Below, in pieces: positions 1-10,221 of a stretch of 46,708 bases of DNA. Numbering within the stretch: position 1 is the first letter of the stretch; each line of letters starts with the position of its first letter. A model generated the notes under the pieces. The model saw only the letters and a program-made list of their open reading frames with translations, ran no database searches and was not told the DNA's origin. The DNA comes from an uncultured virus (IMG/VR IMGVR_UViG_2124908030_000005) (Duplodnaviria; Heunggongvirae; Uroviricota; Caudoviricetes; Thumleimavirales; Hafunaviridae), in IMG/VR virus record IMGVR_UViG_2124908030_000005; one strand, written 5' to 3'. The position numbers were made by a program, and so were the translations under genes.

Positions 1-879
1 ACGCAGCAGACGTTCATCCAAGAGATCAACGAAGCACAGCCAGATCAGTTTGAACGATTGGCTGAAGGTGAATTCCCGGCGTTCCAGAACGACACCTCAC
101 TGCCCGAATACAACGAACTGACCATCCGCTCGCAAGAGTACGGAAAGGCAATGGGGCTAACCCAGAAGTACATCGAAGACGCGACTTCCGACCAACTGAA
201 CCGCAAGGTGCAGGAGGTTGTCGAGGGCGCAACTGAAACGATGATGTCGGACACCTTCGACGTTATCTTTGACTCAGTGTACGATGGCTCTGGCGGTCTC
301 TGGTTCGAGATTCCAGACTACGGGGCGTACTCGTTCGATGAGACGCACTCGCACCAAATCAACGACTCGGCCACGCTGATGGACGAAGCTGGCGTCCCCG
401 ACACGAACGGCGACGGCTACAGTGCCCAGCAGCACTTCGAGGCCGCAGCCGAACACCTGCGCCACCACGGGTGGACCTCGGGTGAGAAGGTCGCGCTGGT
501 CTCGAAAGACTGGAAGTTCAAGCTCAAAGAGGAGCTTATCAACGGGTCGGACTACCACATCCCGCTCGCTGATAATCTGCGAAACTCGGACATCCGTGAC
601 ATGGACGCGGTTCGACCGGGCAATGTGACTATCATGCAGTCGCCGCACCTCACTGGCGACGAATTCCTGCTTTACGACACGGGCATTCAGCCTGTGAAGA
701 TGTACCAGGACCGCGAACTTCAGCTAACCCAGCCGCAGGGTGGCCCTGTCGTTCAGCCCGGTGACATCATCAATGGGTCGGCTACCATGTCCTACGGAAT
801 CGCCTGCACGAATCCGCTTGCAATGGTGGAATTCGATGGCGTGGACGTGGAGTGGGAAGCAACCCAGACTCGGTACTAA
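1..879 (+). CDS. Major capsid protein, 5' truncated by window edge (probably HK97 fold)
   Basis: Frame is open from base 1 (TQQTFIQEINEAQPDQFERLAEGEFP). It has an AEGE-type motif and a C-terminal YGIACTNPLAMV strand pattern, and lies just upstream of the head-tail genes. Confidence 0.75.
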   Translation, partial: TQQTFIQEINEAQPDQFERLAEGEFPAFQNDTSLPEYNELTIRSQEYGKAMGLTQKYIEDATSDQLNRKVQEVVEGATETMMSDTFDVIFDSVYDGSGGLWFEIPDYGAYSFDETHSHQINDSATLMDEAGVPDTNGDGYSAQQHFEAAAEHLRHHGWTSGEKVALVSKDWKFKLKEELINGSDYHIPLADNLRNSDIRDMDAVRPGNVTIMQSPHLTGDEFLLYDTGIQPVKMYQDRELQLTQPQGGPVVQPGDIINGSATMSYGIACTNPLAMVEFDGVDVEWEATQTRY

Positions 880-900
880 AGTACCTAGTTTCCCGGCTCA

Positions 901-1332
901 ATGGCATCCAATAATATTGATCTCGCTAGTGAGATCAGAGACTTCGCACAGTACGAAGAACAAGCTCTTTCGGATAAAGAGCTAATCGGTGCAATCAACC
1001 GCGCCGAGAAACACCTCACCATTGAAGCCCGGATCGAAGAAGGAGACTTCTACGACACTGAGTACCGAGAAAAAGCACTTTACTGGACTTCGCTGCTGTT
1101 CTCGAAACTCGTCACTGGTGAATTAGATGCGAAGTCTATCTCCGTTGGATCAATCTCTGAGAACAAGTTGCTTGCCAACGGCGACGAAATTACGTTCTGG
1201 TATTCAGAATACAGGCGAGCAAAGAAGACACTGCTAACGCGAGAAGGGCGCTCAACGAGAGTTGGAAGAAGCAGCCGCACCGGAGACGTGGCTGGGTCGC
1301 GGTCATATGCAGATGAAAGAGGCGGGCGCTAA
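901..1332 (+). CDS. Head-tail adaptor/connector protein
   Basis: 143 aa, directly after the capsid gene, with a SISVGSISE strand motif typical of adaptors. Call rests on synteny. Confidence 0.55.
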   Translation: MASNNIDLASEIRDFAQYEEQALSDKELIGAINRAEKHLTIEARIEEGDFYDTEYREKALYWTSLLFSKLVTGELDAKSISVGSISENKLLANGDEITFWYSEYRRAKKTLLTREGRSTRVGRSSRTGDVAGSRSYADERGGR

Positions 1333-1688
1333 TGTCTCGACTCTCAGTTTCATCGGCATTGACGCGGCTTGGACGCTACGTTGACGTGTATCAAAAGTCG
1401 TCTGCGGGCGGGCGGGATGGCTTTGGACAGCAGGATATTGACTGGCAATTTGCCGAGCAAATGCTCGCTGCTCGAAGCTATCAGAATCGAAACACCACAC
1501 GAGACGACCCGAGCGGCACTCTCCACCGAGATCGCCCGGTGTTCTTCTTCAGTCCAGACGCAGACATTACCGCTAATTCAAGAATCGAGTACGAGGGCGC
1601 ATGGTACGACCTCGACGCAACGACCGAACACCGCACGCACACTGTGGCAGTCGGTATTGAAGTTGTAGACGAAGACTTCGACCCATAG
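1332..1688 (+). CDS. Head closure protein (SPP1 gp16-like)
   Basis: 118 aa with GRDGFGQQ and DITANSRIEYEGAWYDL patterns, in the expected position. Confidence 0.6.
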   Translation: MSRLSVSSALTRLGRYVDVYQKSSAGGRDGFGQQDIDWQFAEQMLAARSYQNRNTTRDDPSGTLHRDRPVFFFSPDADITANSRIEYEGAWYDLDATTEHRTHTVAVGIEVVDEDFDP

Positions 1689-1721
1689 CGCGGCTATCCC
1701 CCGCTCAATGACATCTAATCT

Positions 1722-4700
1722 ATGAGTGACATCTCTTTCGAGGTAGATAGAAAAACCGTTGAAGCGGTGCTTGAACGCATCGAAGACGATATTGAAGCGG
1801 GTGCAAAAGACGGGCTAGACGAAGTTCTTGAAGCGGGTCAAGATCGTGCGCGGGCCACTGTGACAACACAGCGAACCCCGTACACGACGCCTCATCTCTT
1901 TTCTTCGTTCGACACGATTCTCCATGATCGCGGCGGAGGAGAGTTACAGGGGTTCATTACCAACCCGCTCGAACACGCGGCCTACATTGACCAAGGTGTG
2001 TCTGGTACAGAGAATCAGCGCGACACCCCGTTCGGCTACACCTCTGGTGGGCCGATGCCGCCACTCGATGAGATGATTGCGTTCGTTGAAGAACGATTTG
2101 GTGGATACGACCTTGGTTCATCTGACGGCGGCAGCGGCGGTGGACCGGCCCCTCCAGGTGGAGACGATAGCGGGGGTGGCGGTGACGGGGGCGATGGCGA
2201 CGGTGACGGCGGCGACAATGTTAACACCGGAGATGTAGATGAATTTTACCGTAGCTTGGGTGAATACGACTTGGAAGACCAACCGTTCGTTAAAGGTCGG
2301 AAAAACACCGCCGCACAGTTCAACAGGGGCGAGCTACTGCTCGTGGACAGCGGCGACGGACCCAGGCCGGTACAAGTGCAATCTATCGAAGAACAAGACG
2401 GTTACGTGTCTGTCAAGCCTACATTTGGAGATGATGCGTTTCGTGTTGCCCTCAATGACAGGACGAAAAACCAAGTTGTTGCTCGACAAGAAAAAACCCA
2501 CGTCCAAAACTTGCGCGAAGACCAAGAAGTGATGTTTTCTGGTGAGGCATCTGAAGAATTCTTGCATAATCGTGTTATTTCTGGGACAATTATTGCAGCC
2601 AATGACTTCAACGGCAACGGTGAGATTGACACGTACACAATTCGAGACAAGCGCGAGGCCAACAAGCTGTACAACGATGAAGAAGACGCATTTTTCCAAG
2701 TAGATGCAGACCCGCTAGCCAACACCTTTCTTGGCACTCGCAACGAGCGGCCAGAGTTGTGGGACCAGCAGATAACTCCAGCAGAAACACCTACTAATAC
2801 AACCCTCAAAGGCAAGTTTCGGGTCGCTGAACCGAAGCCACTCACCGATGGCATGATTCAGCAAAGTTTTCGTGACGATAGCAAACTTGCTGACGATTAC
2901 GTAATCAAAACGGGCGACGGAGAGATATACAGTGCCCGTGTTCGGACAAAAAGCGAGATTGGCAGGGACGCGAACACGTTTGAGTTTGTGGCTGGATTTG
3001 ACGAAGTGACGGGCGAGCGTATTTCTTTTGAATTTGGTGAGTTAGACGGCGCTGTAGATAGAATCAGCGGCAAAACGTGGGATGTTGTTGGAATTCCAGA
3101 AAATAAGAACAATTGGGCTGCCCTCGAAGAAGGCGACCAACTCTTTGCTAATATTGATAGAACAGTCAATAGGCTACGAGACGAAAACAAGCCGACAGAC
3201 TGGAAATCAGATAGATTTACGTTTGACGAACCCGGTGACACCAGAGACGACAATGCGTATGCCCGCGTTGTTGTTGACGACATCTCAGAGAATGAATTTG
3301 GCGAGCGTGTAGTCACCGCCCGGACGTTCGGTGCTGCAAATCGAGAATTTCAGCTTGAGCCAGAAAGATTGTTCAACTTAAAAAGAAACTCTGCCCCGTG
3401 GAAAGCTAAAGGATAGAGATGGAGATAAAGTTGAGTACGACCAGAATCGTGACAGTAGAGAGCCCTTAGACCCGACTTCTGGACGGCTCGCGTTATTAGT
3501 GGCCGCAGCAAAGAGCGCAAATCGTACAACGCAGGCGAATATACTGTCTATGACGCAGGCAAAGACAAGCTTATTACCGACTTGTCAGCGCGTCAATTAA
3601 CGGGCATTATAACCGGCGACGAGTTTCGAGATCGGCGAGATAATTCAGAGCCACCAGCAAGCGCCACTCTGCCAACTGGTTTTGATGAATTTAACGACAG
3701 CACACCGGGCCGAATTGACGCTGAAGAAGACACAGAATTCTATGCGTGGAACCGGACAGAAGAACGGTTCATGTACGTTACCCCCAGAGAGGGAGATGTT
3801 AGTGGTTTCGCAGAAGTTGATGGGCCAGAGAACAAATATTACATTAGCGCCGATGCTTTTAGCAAAAACCCACACGAAATCAACATCTTAGGTAAAGAGC
3901 AAGAACAAGCTGATCTGCTTGAACCCTATTTTCCGCCAGATAGATTCGAGAAAAAGAGGCTTGACTCGACAGATGATTTTGCACCCGGACAAGAAATCTA
4001 CGTAGATCAAGTTGGCAATCGGCCTCAGAAAACCGCAGTTGTGCAAGAGGTCAATGGCGACGATGATGAAATCGTTGTTTTAATCGGAAATCAAACTATT
4101 GAAACACGAATTGACATCTCTGAACTTGATCTCGGCGACGACAGCCAAACCCGGCCAATAGCTGTCCAACGAGACAAATCAATCAGAGAACTTGAGGTTG
4201 GAGACAAGGCGATTTTTAATCCCGACTCTGATTCTCAAGTGTACAATGATGCGACTGCGCTCAACCTAGACCGCCCAATCTACGGCGAGATCACCGAGAC
4301 CTATGAGCCGACTAAGTTTGGGAGAGATAACTTCAGTTACGAAATTGAAGACGTGTACGAGCGAGGAAGGGGGAGCGGCAACCTCGAAGAACAACCAACC
4401 TACATTGTCAGCGGAGAGGCATTCGATAACAACTACGTCGGCACCCGGAATGAAAACCGAGGCCAGTGGGGCGAAGAAGTAGACCTTGGAAAGCCACAGA
4501 CGCCAGAAAACATTGGCGAGCAAGCATTCGAGAAAAACCCTCCTCGTTCGCTAACACAGCGAGTTATCGAGCAACGACTATCTGTTGGGTCTTCAAGCGA
4601 CAAGGATTTTGTCATACAAGATTCCGAAGGACAACGCTATCTTGCATATCTAAAGCCTCAGCGGCGAACTGCAAATGACGAACCGTATGCTTTCGTGGCT

Positions 4701-6662
4701 GGGTCTAATGATGAAGGAGAAGAAATCAGATTCGAGTTTGACAACAAATCTGAAATCAACAACGGCTTTGAAGACAGTTCATGGAGTGTCGAGGGAGTTT
4801 CTGAGCATCTAAATACATGGTCTGAGCTTGAAGAAGAAGACCAGCTTTTCGTTGACTTAGACGATACTCTTAGCTCGATTGAGCCGAATATTAACCGATT
4901 CACGATAGAAACAACGCTTAACGACAACACACCAACGACGCGAGTGAAGGTTGACAGCGTTTCTGAAAACAGTGTCACGGTGCGCCCGTCAGGAGCGAAA
5001 AAAGAAGTACGAAATCAGATAACACTGAGGCCGCGTGCCATTGAGGGGCTGCGCGAAGATAACGAGGCTGCTTGGATAGCTAAAAACCGAGGTGTTGGTG
5101 ATCTCGTAGAGTTTGAAGACAATGATGGCGAGTTAGTAACCGGCGTTATAGAAGACAAAGACCCGAGAAAACAGGTCAAAAACTACAACCCATCTACGTT
5201 TCGAGTTTTCTCTGAGTCAGAAGATCGGAGCTACACAGTTACGCCGTTTGACTTCAAATCAACTACAAAAAGGCCAGAGTTCACAAATCGAAGTGTGCCG
5301 CCGACTCTGGACACGCCAGACGGATACACTGATGAGGTTGACTTTGGTGAAAGAAACGAAGAAGGCGCTGAATATTTCGCGTGGGACAAACAGCGCGACG
5401 AATTCATCACTGTCGTCAACACCAACTTCGGGCAGTATAAAGAAGTTGATGGACCAGAGAACAAGCTGTACAAGCCAGCCAAAGCCCGAAACAGCGAGCA
5501 TTTATTCCAGATTGATGTTTTAGGAAAAGAGACTGATGAAGAAACTACGATAACATCTGACTACAACCTCGAAGTAAATGAAGTCCGTCAAAATGCAGAC
5601 CCAACAACACGGTCTCTGATTACCCAAGAATGGCATGACTTCTTTGACGAAACTGACGACCAAGACATAAAAGACGAGATTAGAAACCCAACAGTTACCG
5701 ACGAAGAAACCCGCGAAGTAATGGCTAGCTACTTGCAGATCAAACTTGATGAAAAAATCCCGGTGGTTGATAGAACCAGGGTTCTTGACTCAACAAACAA
5801 GCGACCAAGCCAGCTTGCGTTGTTTAGAGACGACCCAGGAGAACCACGGGCTTCTGATGAAGATAAAGACACCATCCAGCAGCAATTCGACAACGCCATT
5901 GAAAGAATGGACACGGTAACGGCTGCTCTCGTAATGACGGACTTAACTGATATAAAAGTCTCTGATAAAGACACTAATGTTTCTGGTGCATACAATGGCG
6001 ATAGAAAACACATTAAACTCAACATAGGAGCAATACGGAAGAAAACAGAATTTAACGAAGACATTGATCAGTCAGCAAAAGCATCAATTATACACGAGTT
6101 GGGTCACGCAGCACACGCTGCTCTTGGAATAGGCATCAACCAAGATAATTACAAGGAAAATGAAAAACTAATGGATGAAGCTGACAATCCTGATGATGTT
6201 GACTTTAAGATGCGAATAACGAGAGACACCACCACACAGAATTCAAGCAGGAAACTGGGCCAACTTCAAGAAGCGTGGGATGTAATGACTGAAAACAAAA
6301 AAGAGCGTCTTGTACAAGGCTATATGCTACGACACGGAGTTGAAATGCTGGCTGTGTCACACGAAGAATGGCTCCAAGACGGGCCAGAACACGATCTCAA
6401 AAGCGACAACCCCCTAATGTACCTCTGGTGGGAAGAACACGAAAATCGGAGACAGAGGATTAGCTCTGAAGAAAACGAATTTGCTAAATTAGAACCTGGA
6501 GCAGAAATGATAAGCAAAAGAGAGGGGTCAGACACGTACAGCGAAGCGTCAACTGTTAAAGACATAGACACTGACACCAGAACTGTCGAATTTGACGACG
6601 GCGGTATTTTGCCATTTGACGCATTTGAGGAAGTATTTGAATGGCAGGCACTACTCCCATGA
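1722..6662 (+). CDS. Giant protein: HK97 gp10-like N-terminal domain, Gly-rich linker, tandem duplicated repeat region and C-terminal HExxH metallopeptidase. Interrupted by two compensating frameshifts at about 3410-3470.
   Basis: ORFs 1722-3416 and 3582-6662 are in the same frame, and the +1 frame at 3412-3470 reads GDKVEYD, matching GDLVEFE in the second repeat. N-terminus has HAAYIDQG...PPLDEMIAFV; C-terminus has SIIHELGHAAH...EMLA. Confidence 0.65.
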
Positions 6663-6988
6663 CAGAAGTAGCAATTCACAACGAAGAAACAGAAGACATA
6701 GTTGGCCGGGTCAATGACACTGGGTATGAAGCCGACACTCAAGGCTTTGAAGACTTCGTTCAATCACTGAAAACCAGAGGTGGAGGCATAACCACCCATG
6801 CAACCCCGGTGTTTGAAGACAGTGAGCCGTCTCCCGTGAGTTGTTTTATGAGTCGGTCTGAAGGTGAAACAGGGTTCGGAAAGGTTCTTATCGAGAACAT
6901 GAACCCTGGCGATAAGTACCGAGTCATACCCTTCCATCGAGATCGGGTGTATAAGCTAACGTTTGAGCGCGACGAGATAACAGTATAA
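6659..6988 (+). CDS. Hypothetical protein, possible immunity or partner protein of the upstream peptidase
   Basis: ATGA overlap with the stop of the giant ORF; about 109 aa, acidic. Confidence 0.5.
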   Translation: MTEVAIHNEETEDIVGRVNDTGYEADTQGFEDFVQSLKTRGGGITTHATPVFEDSEPSPVSCFMSRSEGETGFGKVLIENMNPGDKYRVIPFHRDRVYKLTFERDEITV

Positions 6989-7182
6989 TGGCAAGCATTG
7001 ACGAACTAAAAGCTGAACACGGAGCAGAAACGGTACAGCAAGCCTTCTGGCTGCAAGAACACATCTACGAAGACGGCATCAGAGGGATTGATTTCACTGG
7101 TGATGCTGAACGAAAAATGAACGAAGTCAAACAGCCGCTCGTGAAGTCAGAGATTGAGTCGCAGCTTCGGTCGTCTTACTAG
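6988..7182 (+). CDS. Small protein resembling the C-terminal half of an HK97 gp10-like neck protein
   Basis: QAFWLQEHIYEDGIRGIDF resembles the AF.I...I...G..P.PF segment of gp10-like proteins; it precedes the tail terminator. Confidence 0.5.
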   Translation: MASIDELKAEHGAETVQQAFWLQEHIYEDGIRGIDFTGDAERKMNEVKQPLVKSEIESQLRSSY

Positions 7183-7186
7183 TGGC

Positions 7187-7698
7187 ATGGAGGTCACAGA
7201 ACTAATCAAAGCTTCCAGTCACATCTCAGCGATGAACTAGAGCCACAAGTTTTAGTTGCTGGCTCTGGGGAGCGACCCGTCCCGAGTATCCACATTGAGG
7301 ATTGGGCTATCGAGCAAATGGACGCCTCAATGAATCGGTACTTGACTTCTACCTATGACGACAGAGGCTTTGAGCAAGCACGGGTGTATCGGCTCCCGTA
7401 TTCCTGTCGAGTCTCGATGGTAGTCCGAGGTAGAGGAGACTTAGAAGGCAGCAAACAGCATGACGCGCTGCGAAAAGAATTGCTCAAGTTAGAAGCACAC
7501 CCGGACACCGTGGCAGACGAAGTTTCACAGGTGGTCATTCAGGGTGGTGGTGGCATTCAGCATCAGTTTGTGTCACCAACAGAATCAGAATTCCAGCAAG
7601 ATGTGCGGCTTATGTCTGCGCTGATCTGGAAAGACACTGATTACGAAAACATCGAAGAAGTCGTTGCAGACTACGAAATTATTGAATCATACACATGA
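7187..7698 (+). CDS. Tail terminator/completion protein, one-base frameshift near 7213 (probably a sequencing error)
   Basis: ATG at 7187 (MEVTELIKA) joins FQSHLSDELEPQVLV... in the 7318 frame if one T is restored at gcttcc. Directly upstream of the sheath gene. Confidence 0.55.
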
Positions 7699-8981
7699 TT
7701 GGAAATAACAACGAACCAGGAGTAACATCTACAGTTAAGAGTGCGCCATCGGTGCCGAGCAGCGGCGGCTCTGCGGGGAACCCAGTTATCGTCGGCTCGG
7801 CTGATCTTGAAACAGGAGAAGCGCAGCCAGCGTCAATTGAAGCAGTTGAGGAAAGCGCAGACGCACAGAGGCTTTTCGGTAAGGAATCGCGGCTTACCCG
7901 AAATGCCATTGACGCGCTCAATCAGGGCGCACAGCCAGTGTTGTGTGTCGCGGTGCCGACCACAATGGCTACGATGGAGTTGTCGGAGCTATCGGCAGCT
8001 TACGGACAGATTACAGAGCCAGCACTGGAGTCAAACGAATACACGACTGTTACCGTCAGTGGACAGGAAGTTGACATCGAATACACTCTCCGAGACCCAG
8101 AAGGACTCGACGTGCCTTCCGGGGAAGTGTATATCAATCCTTCCAGCGGCGAATTTGCGCTGTCCACGTCGCCGTCAACTGGAACCATTGAGTACATGGA
8201 GCTTGACTATGCTGCTGCACTTCAAGCAGTAGTTGAATACACGGGCGACATTGACTTTGTTGTTCCGCTGAAAGAGCGAGACGAAGTGACGACAGCCGCA
8301 GTTGGCGCTGTGAACCAGATGGAGACGGAAGAAAACCTTGCACTGGTTCTCGCCGGGCTGCCACACCCAGTTGACGCAGACGGTCTTGAAGTCGGATTCG
8401 ATACGTCGCGCTTGCAACTGTTTGGAGGCGTTCGGCAGGAAGACTTCGGCTCGTCGCTCGGCGCACTTGCTGGGTTGCGAGCGGAGCTTGGTCTTACCTC
8501 TACGCCCATCAATCAGCAAGTGCCACTGCGCGAGCGGCCCGAAGAGGGGCTTGACATTGCCGACAGAGGCATTCTTGTTGATAAGAACGTCGTTCCCCTA
8601 GAGCGGATTGGGAACAGTGTGCGCGTGGCTGACGACCTTACAACGGTCAGCATCGAAAACTCGGACGAACAGAACTACAAATACGGCTTCTCTCGGCTGG
8701 CGGTTGACTTCCTTATCGAAACCGTCCACGATCTTGAGGAGCAGTTCATCGGGAGCTTCAATTCTCCGGGGACTATCGCACAGTTAGAAGACCTGCTCAA
8801 TGAAGGAGCGCGGCCATTGAGTCAGAGCAACGTCATTTACAGCCACGAGGCAACTGTAACTATGATTTCACCCACCACTGCTCGGGTGACGTTCCGAGCA
8901 GATGTGGCAGAACCAATCAGGTTCATTGACAACGATTTCATCATCGGTCAAGACCTGAGCCTCGAAAGCGGAAACGAGTAA
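7695..8981 (+). CDS. Contractile tail sheath protein
   Basis: 428 aa with an N-terminal EPGV motif, QRLFG, and C-terminal EQFIG...AEPIRFI typical of sheaths. Confidence 0.85.
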   Translation: MIGNNNEPGVTSTVKSAPSVPSSGGSAGNPVIVGSADLETGEAQPASIEAVEESADAQRLFGKESRLTRNAIDALNQGAQPVLCVAVPTTMATMELSELSAAYGQITEPALESNEYTTVTVSGQEVDIEYTLRDPEGLDVPSGEVYINPSSGEFALSTSPSTGTIEYMELDYAAALQAVVEYTGDIDFVVPLKERDEVTTAAVGAVNQMETEENLALVLAGLPHPVDADGLEVGFDTSRLQLFGGVRQEDFGSSLGALAGLRAELGLTSTPINQQVPLRERPEEGLDIADRGILVDKNVVPLERIGNSVRVADDLTTVSIENSDEQNYKYGFSRLAVDFLIETVHDLEEQFIGSFNSPGTIAQLEDLLNEGARPLSQSNVIYSHEATVTMISPTTARVTFRADVAEPIRFIDNDFIIGQDLSLESGNE

Positions 8982-8988
8982 ATAATCT

Positions 8989-9468
8989 ATGGTCGGAACA
9001 CCTGACAGTCTGAATCAAGTTGAAACAGCAGCGCACATCTACGTCCGAATAGCCCTTGAAGATGGTTCGACGTTTGAAGTGCCAGTATCGGAAATTGACT
9101 TTACCAAAGACGTGGACGTTGAGCGCGTTCGAGAGATGGGAATGCACCCGAACGGCTACGCGGTGAATGCCATTGACGTGGACGGGTCGCTCACCTTTGC
9201 AGGACATCGTGTGAAACCGCCTACCGGGGGCGAGAAAGACCTCGATGCGCTTCTGTTCAACAACGATGGCACGCCAAGCACGTTTGACGTGACAATTGCC
9301 CACGAAGACGCTGGTGGGAATTCTGTTAACGGAGATGAAGATGAATTCACTGATCTTACCGGCTCGGACACACTGAAAAACTGCATTGTCACGCAGTCCG
9401 AGTTTACCGCCAGCAGCGGCGACTCGACGGAATCGAGCTACGAATTCATGGCGCAGCGAATTAACTAA
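8989..9468 (+). CDS. Tail tube protein
   Basis: 159 aa, beta-rich, after the sheath; TLKNCIVT...SYEFMA ending. Confidence 0.75.
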   Translation: MVGTPDSLNQVETAAHIYVRIALEDGSTFEVPVSEIDFTKDVDVERVREMGMHPNGYAVNAIDVDGSLTFAGHRVKPPTGGEKDLDALLFNNDGTPSTFDVTIAHEDAGGNSVNGDEDEFTDLTGSDTLKNCIVTQSEFTASSGDSTESSYEFMAQRIN

Positions 9469-9470
9469 GA

Positions 9471-9938
9471 ATGTCTGAATCCAGCATCAGTCGCCTGAAA
9501 GAAATGGCACTACGCGGCAAAGAGTACCGAGAGGAACACGAGTACGACTACTTCGGGGAGTCTATGACACTTCACCTCCAGCCGTTGCCTGATAAGAAAG
9601 TGATTCCCATTACAGGCGCACTTCAGGCCAAGTTCGGCATGGACATTGAAGAAGCTAGCGAAGAAATTGAGGAGAGCCGCGAAGAAGGTGGTGACATTGA
9701 CCCCGCAAAACTCGACCAAGAGTTTGTGGAGTTGATGGGCCGGGCAGCCGTGGAAGGCATTGACCGGACAGAAGGAGATGCAGACGGCGCGGATAAGGCC
9801 GAGCTTGAAGAAGTCTTCGGCCTGCGCGACGATGAAAGCGAGAACATCGGACTTCGGAATGGAATGACCCTGGAGATTTCCCAGGACGTGCTTGACATCT
9901 CTGACGACGAGGAAGACGCCGACAAATTTCGTAGATAG
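9471..9938 (+). CDS. Tail assembly chaperone
   Basis: Acidic 155 aa protein between tube and tape measure; ends with TTT CGT AGA TAG. Confidence 0.7.
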   Translation: MSESSISRLKEMALRGKEYREEHEYDYFGESMTLHLQPLPDKKVIPITGALQAKFGMDIEEASEEIEESREEGGDIDPAKLDQEFVELMGRAAVEGIDRTEGDADGADKAELEEVFGLRDDESENIGLRNGMTLEISQDVLDISDDEEDADKFRR

Positions 9939-10218
9939 CGGGCACGCCGCTGAGATTGCTCTGCTGGAGAAAGAATACGGGAAGGGAATAGTGGGTAACG
10001 ATCAGCTAGAAATGACTCCTTTCCAGAAGGCAGTGCTTCTCAAAGAAGAACAGCGGCAAAGCGAACAGGCAAAACAACAGCAGCAGGGCGGGGGTGCAGA
10101 GTCTCCATCTGGCGCTTTGAATGCTCGCTCACCGCGTAACAGCGGTCGCAGCGAACACCACCACTACAAAAACAGTGGTGAGTACGAGACACCCAACGAA
10201 GCAACCTTTGTAGATTAA
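9927..10218 (+). CDS. Tail assembly chaperone C-terminal extension, produced by a +1 frameshift
   Basis: The +1 frame is open across TTTCGT at 9927-9932 (FVDSGHAAEIALLEKE...) with no ATG near its 5' end; lambda G/GT-like layout. Confidence 0.65.
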
Positions 10219-10221
10219 TTC

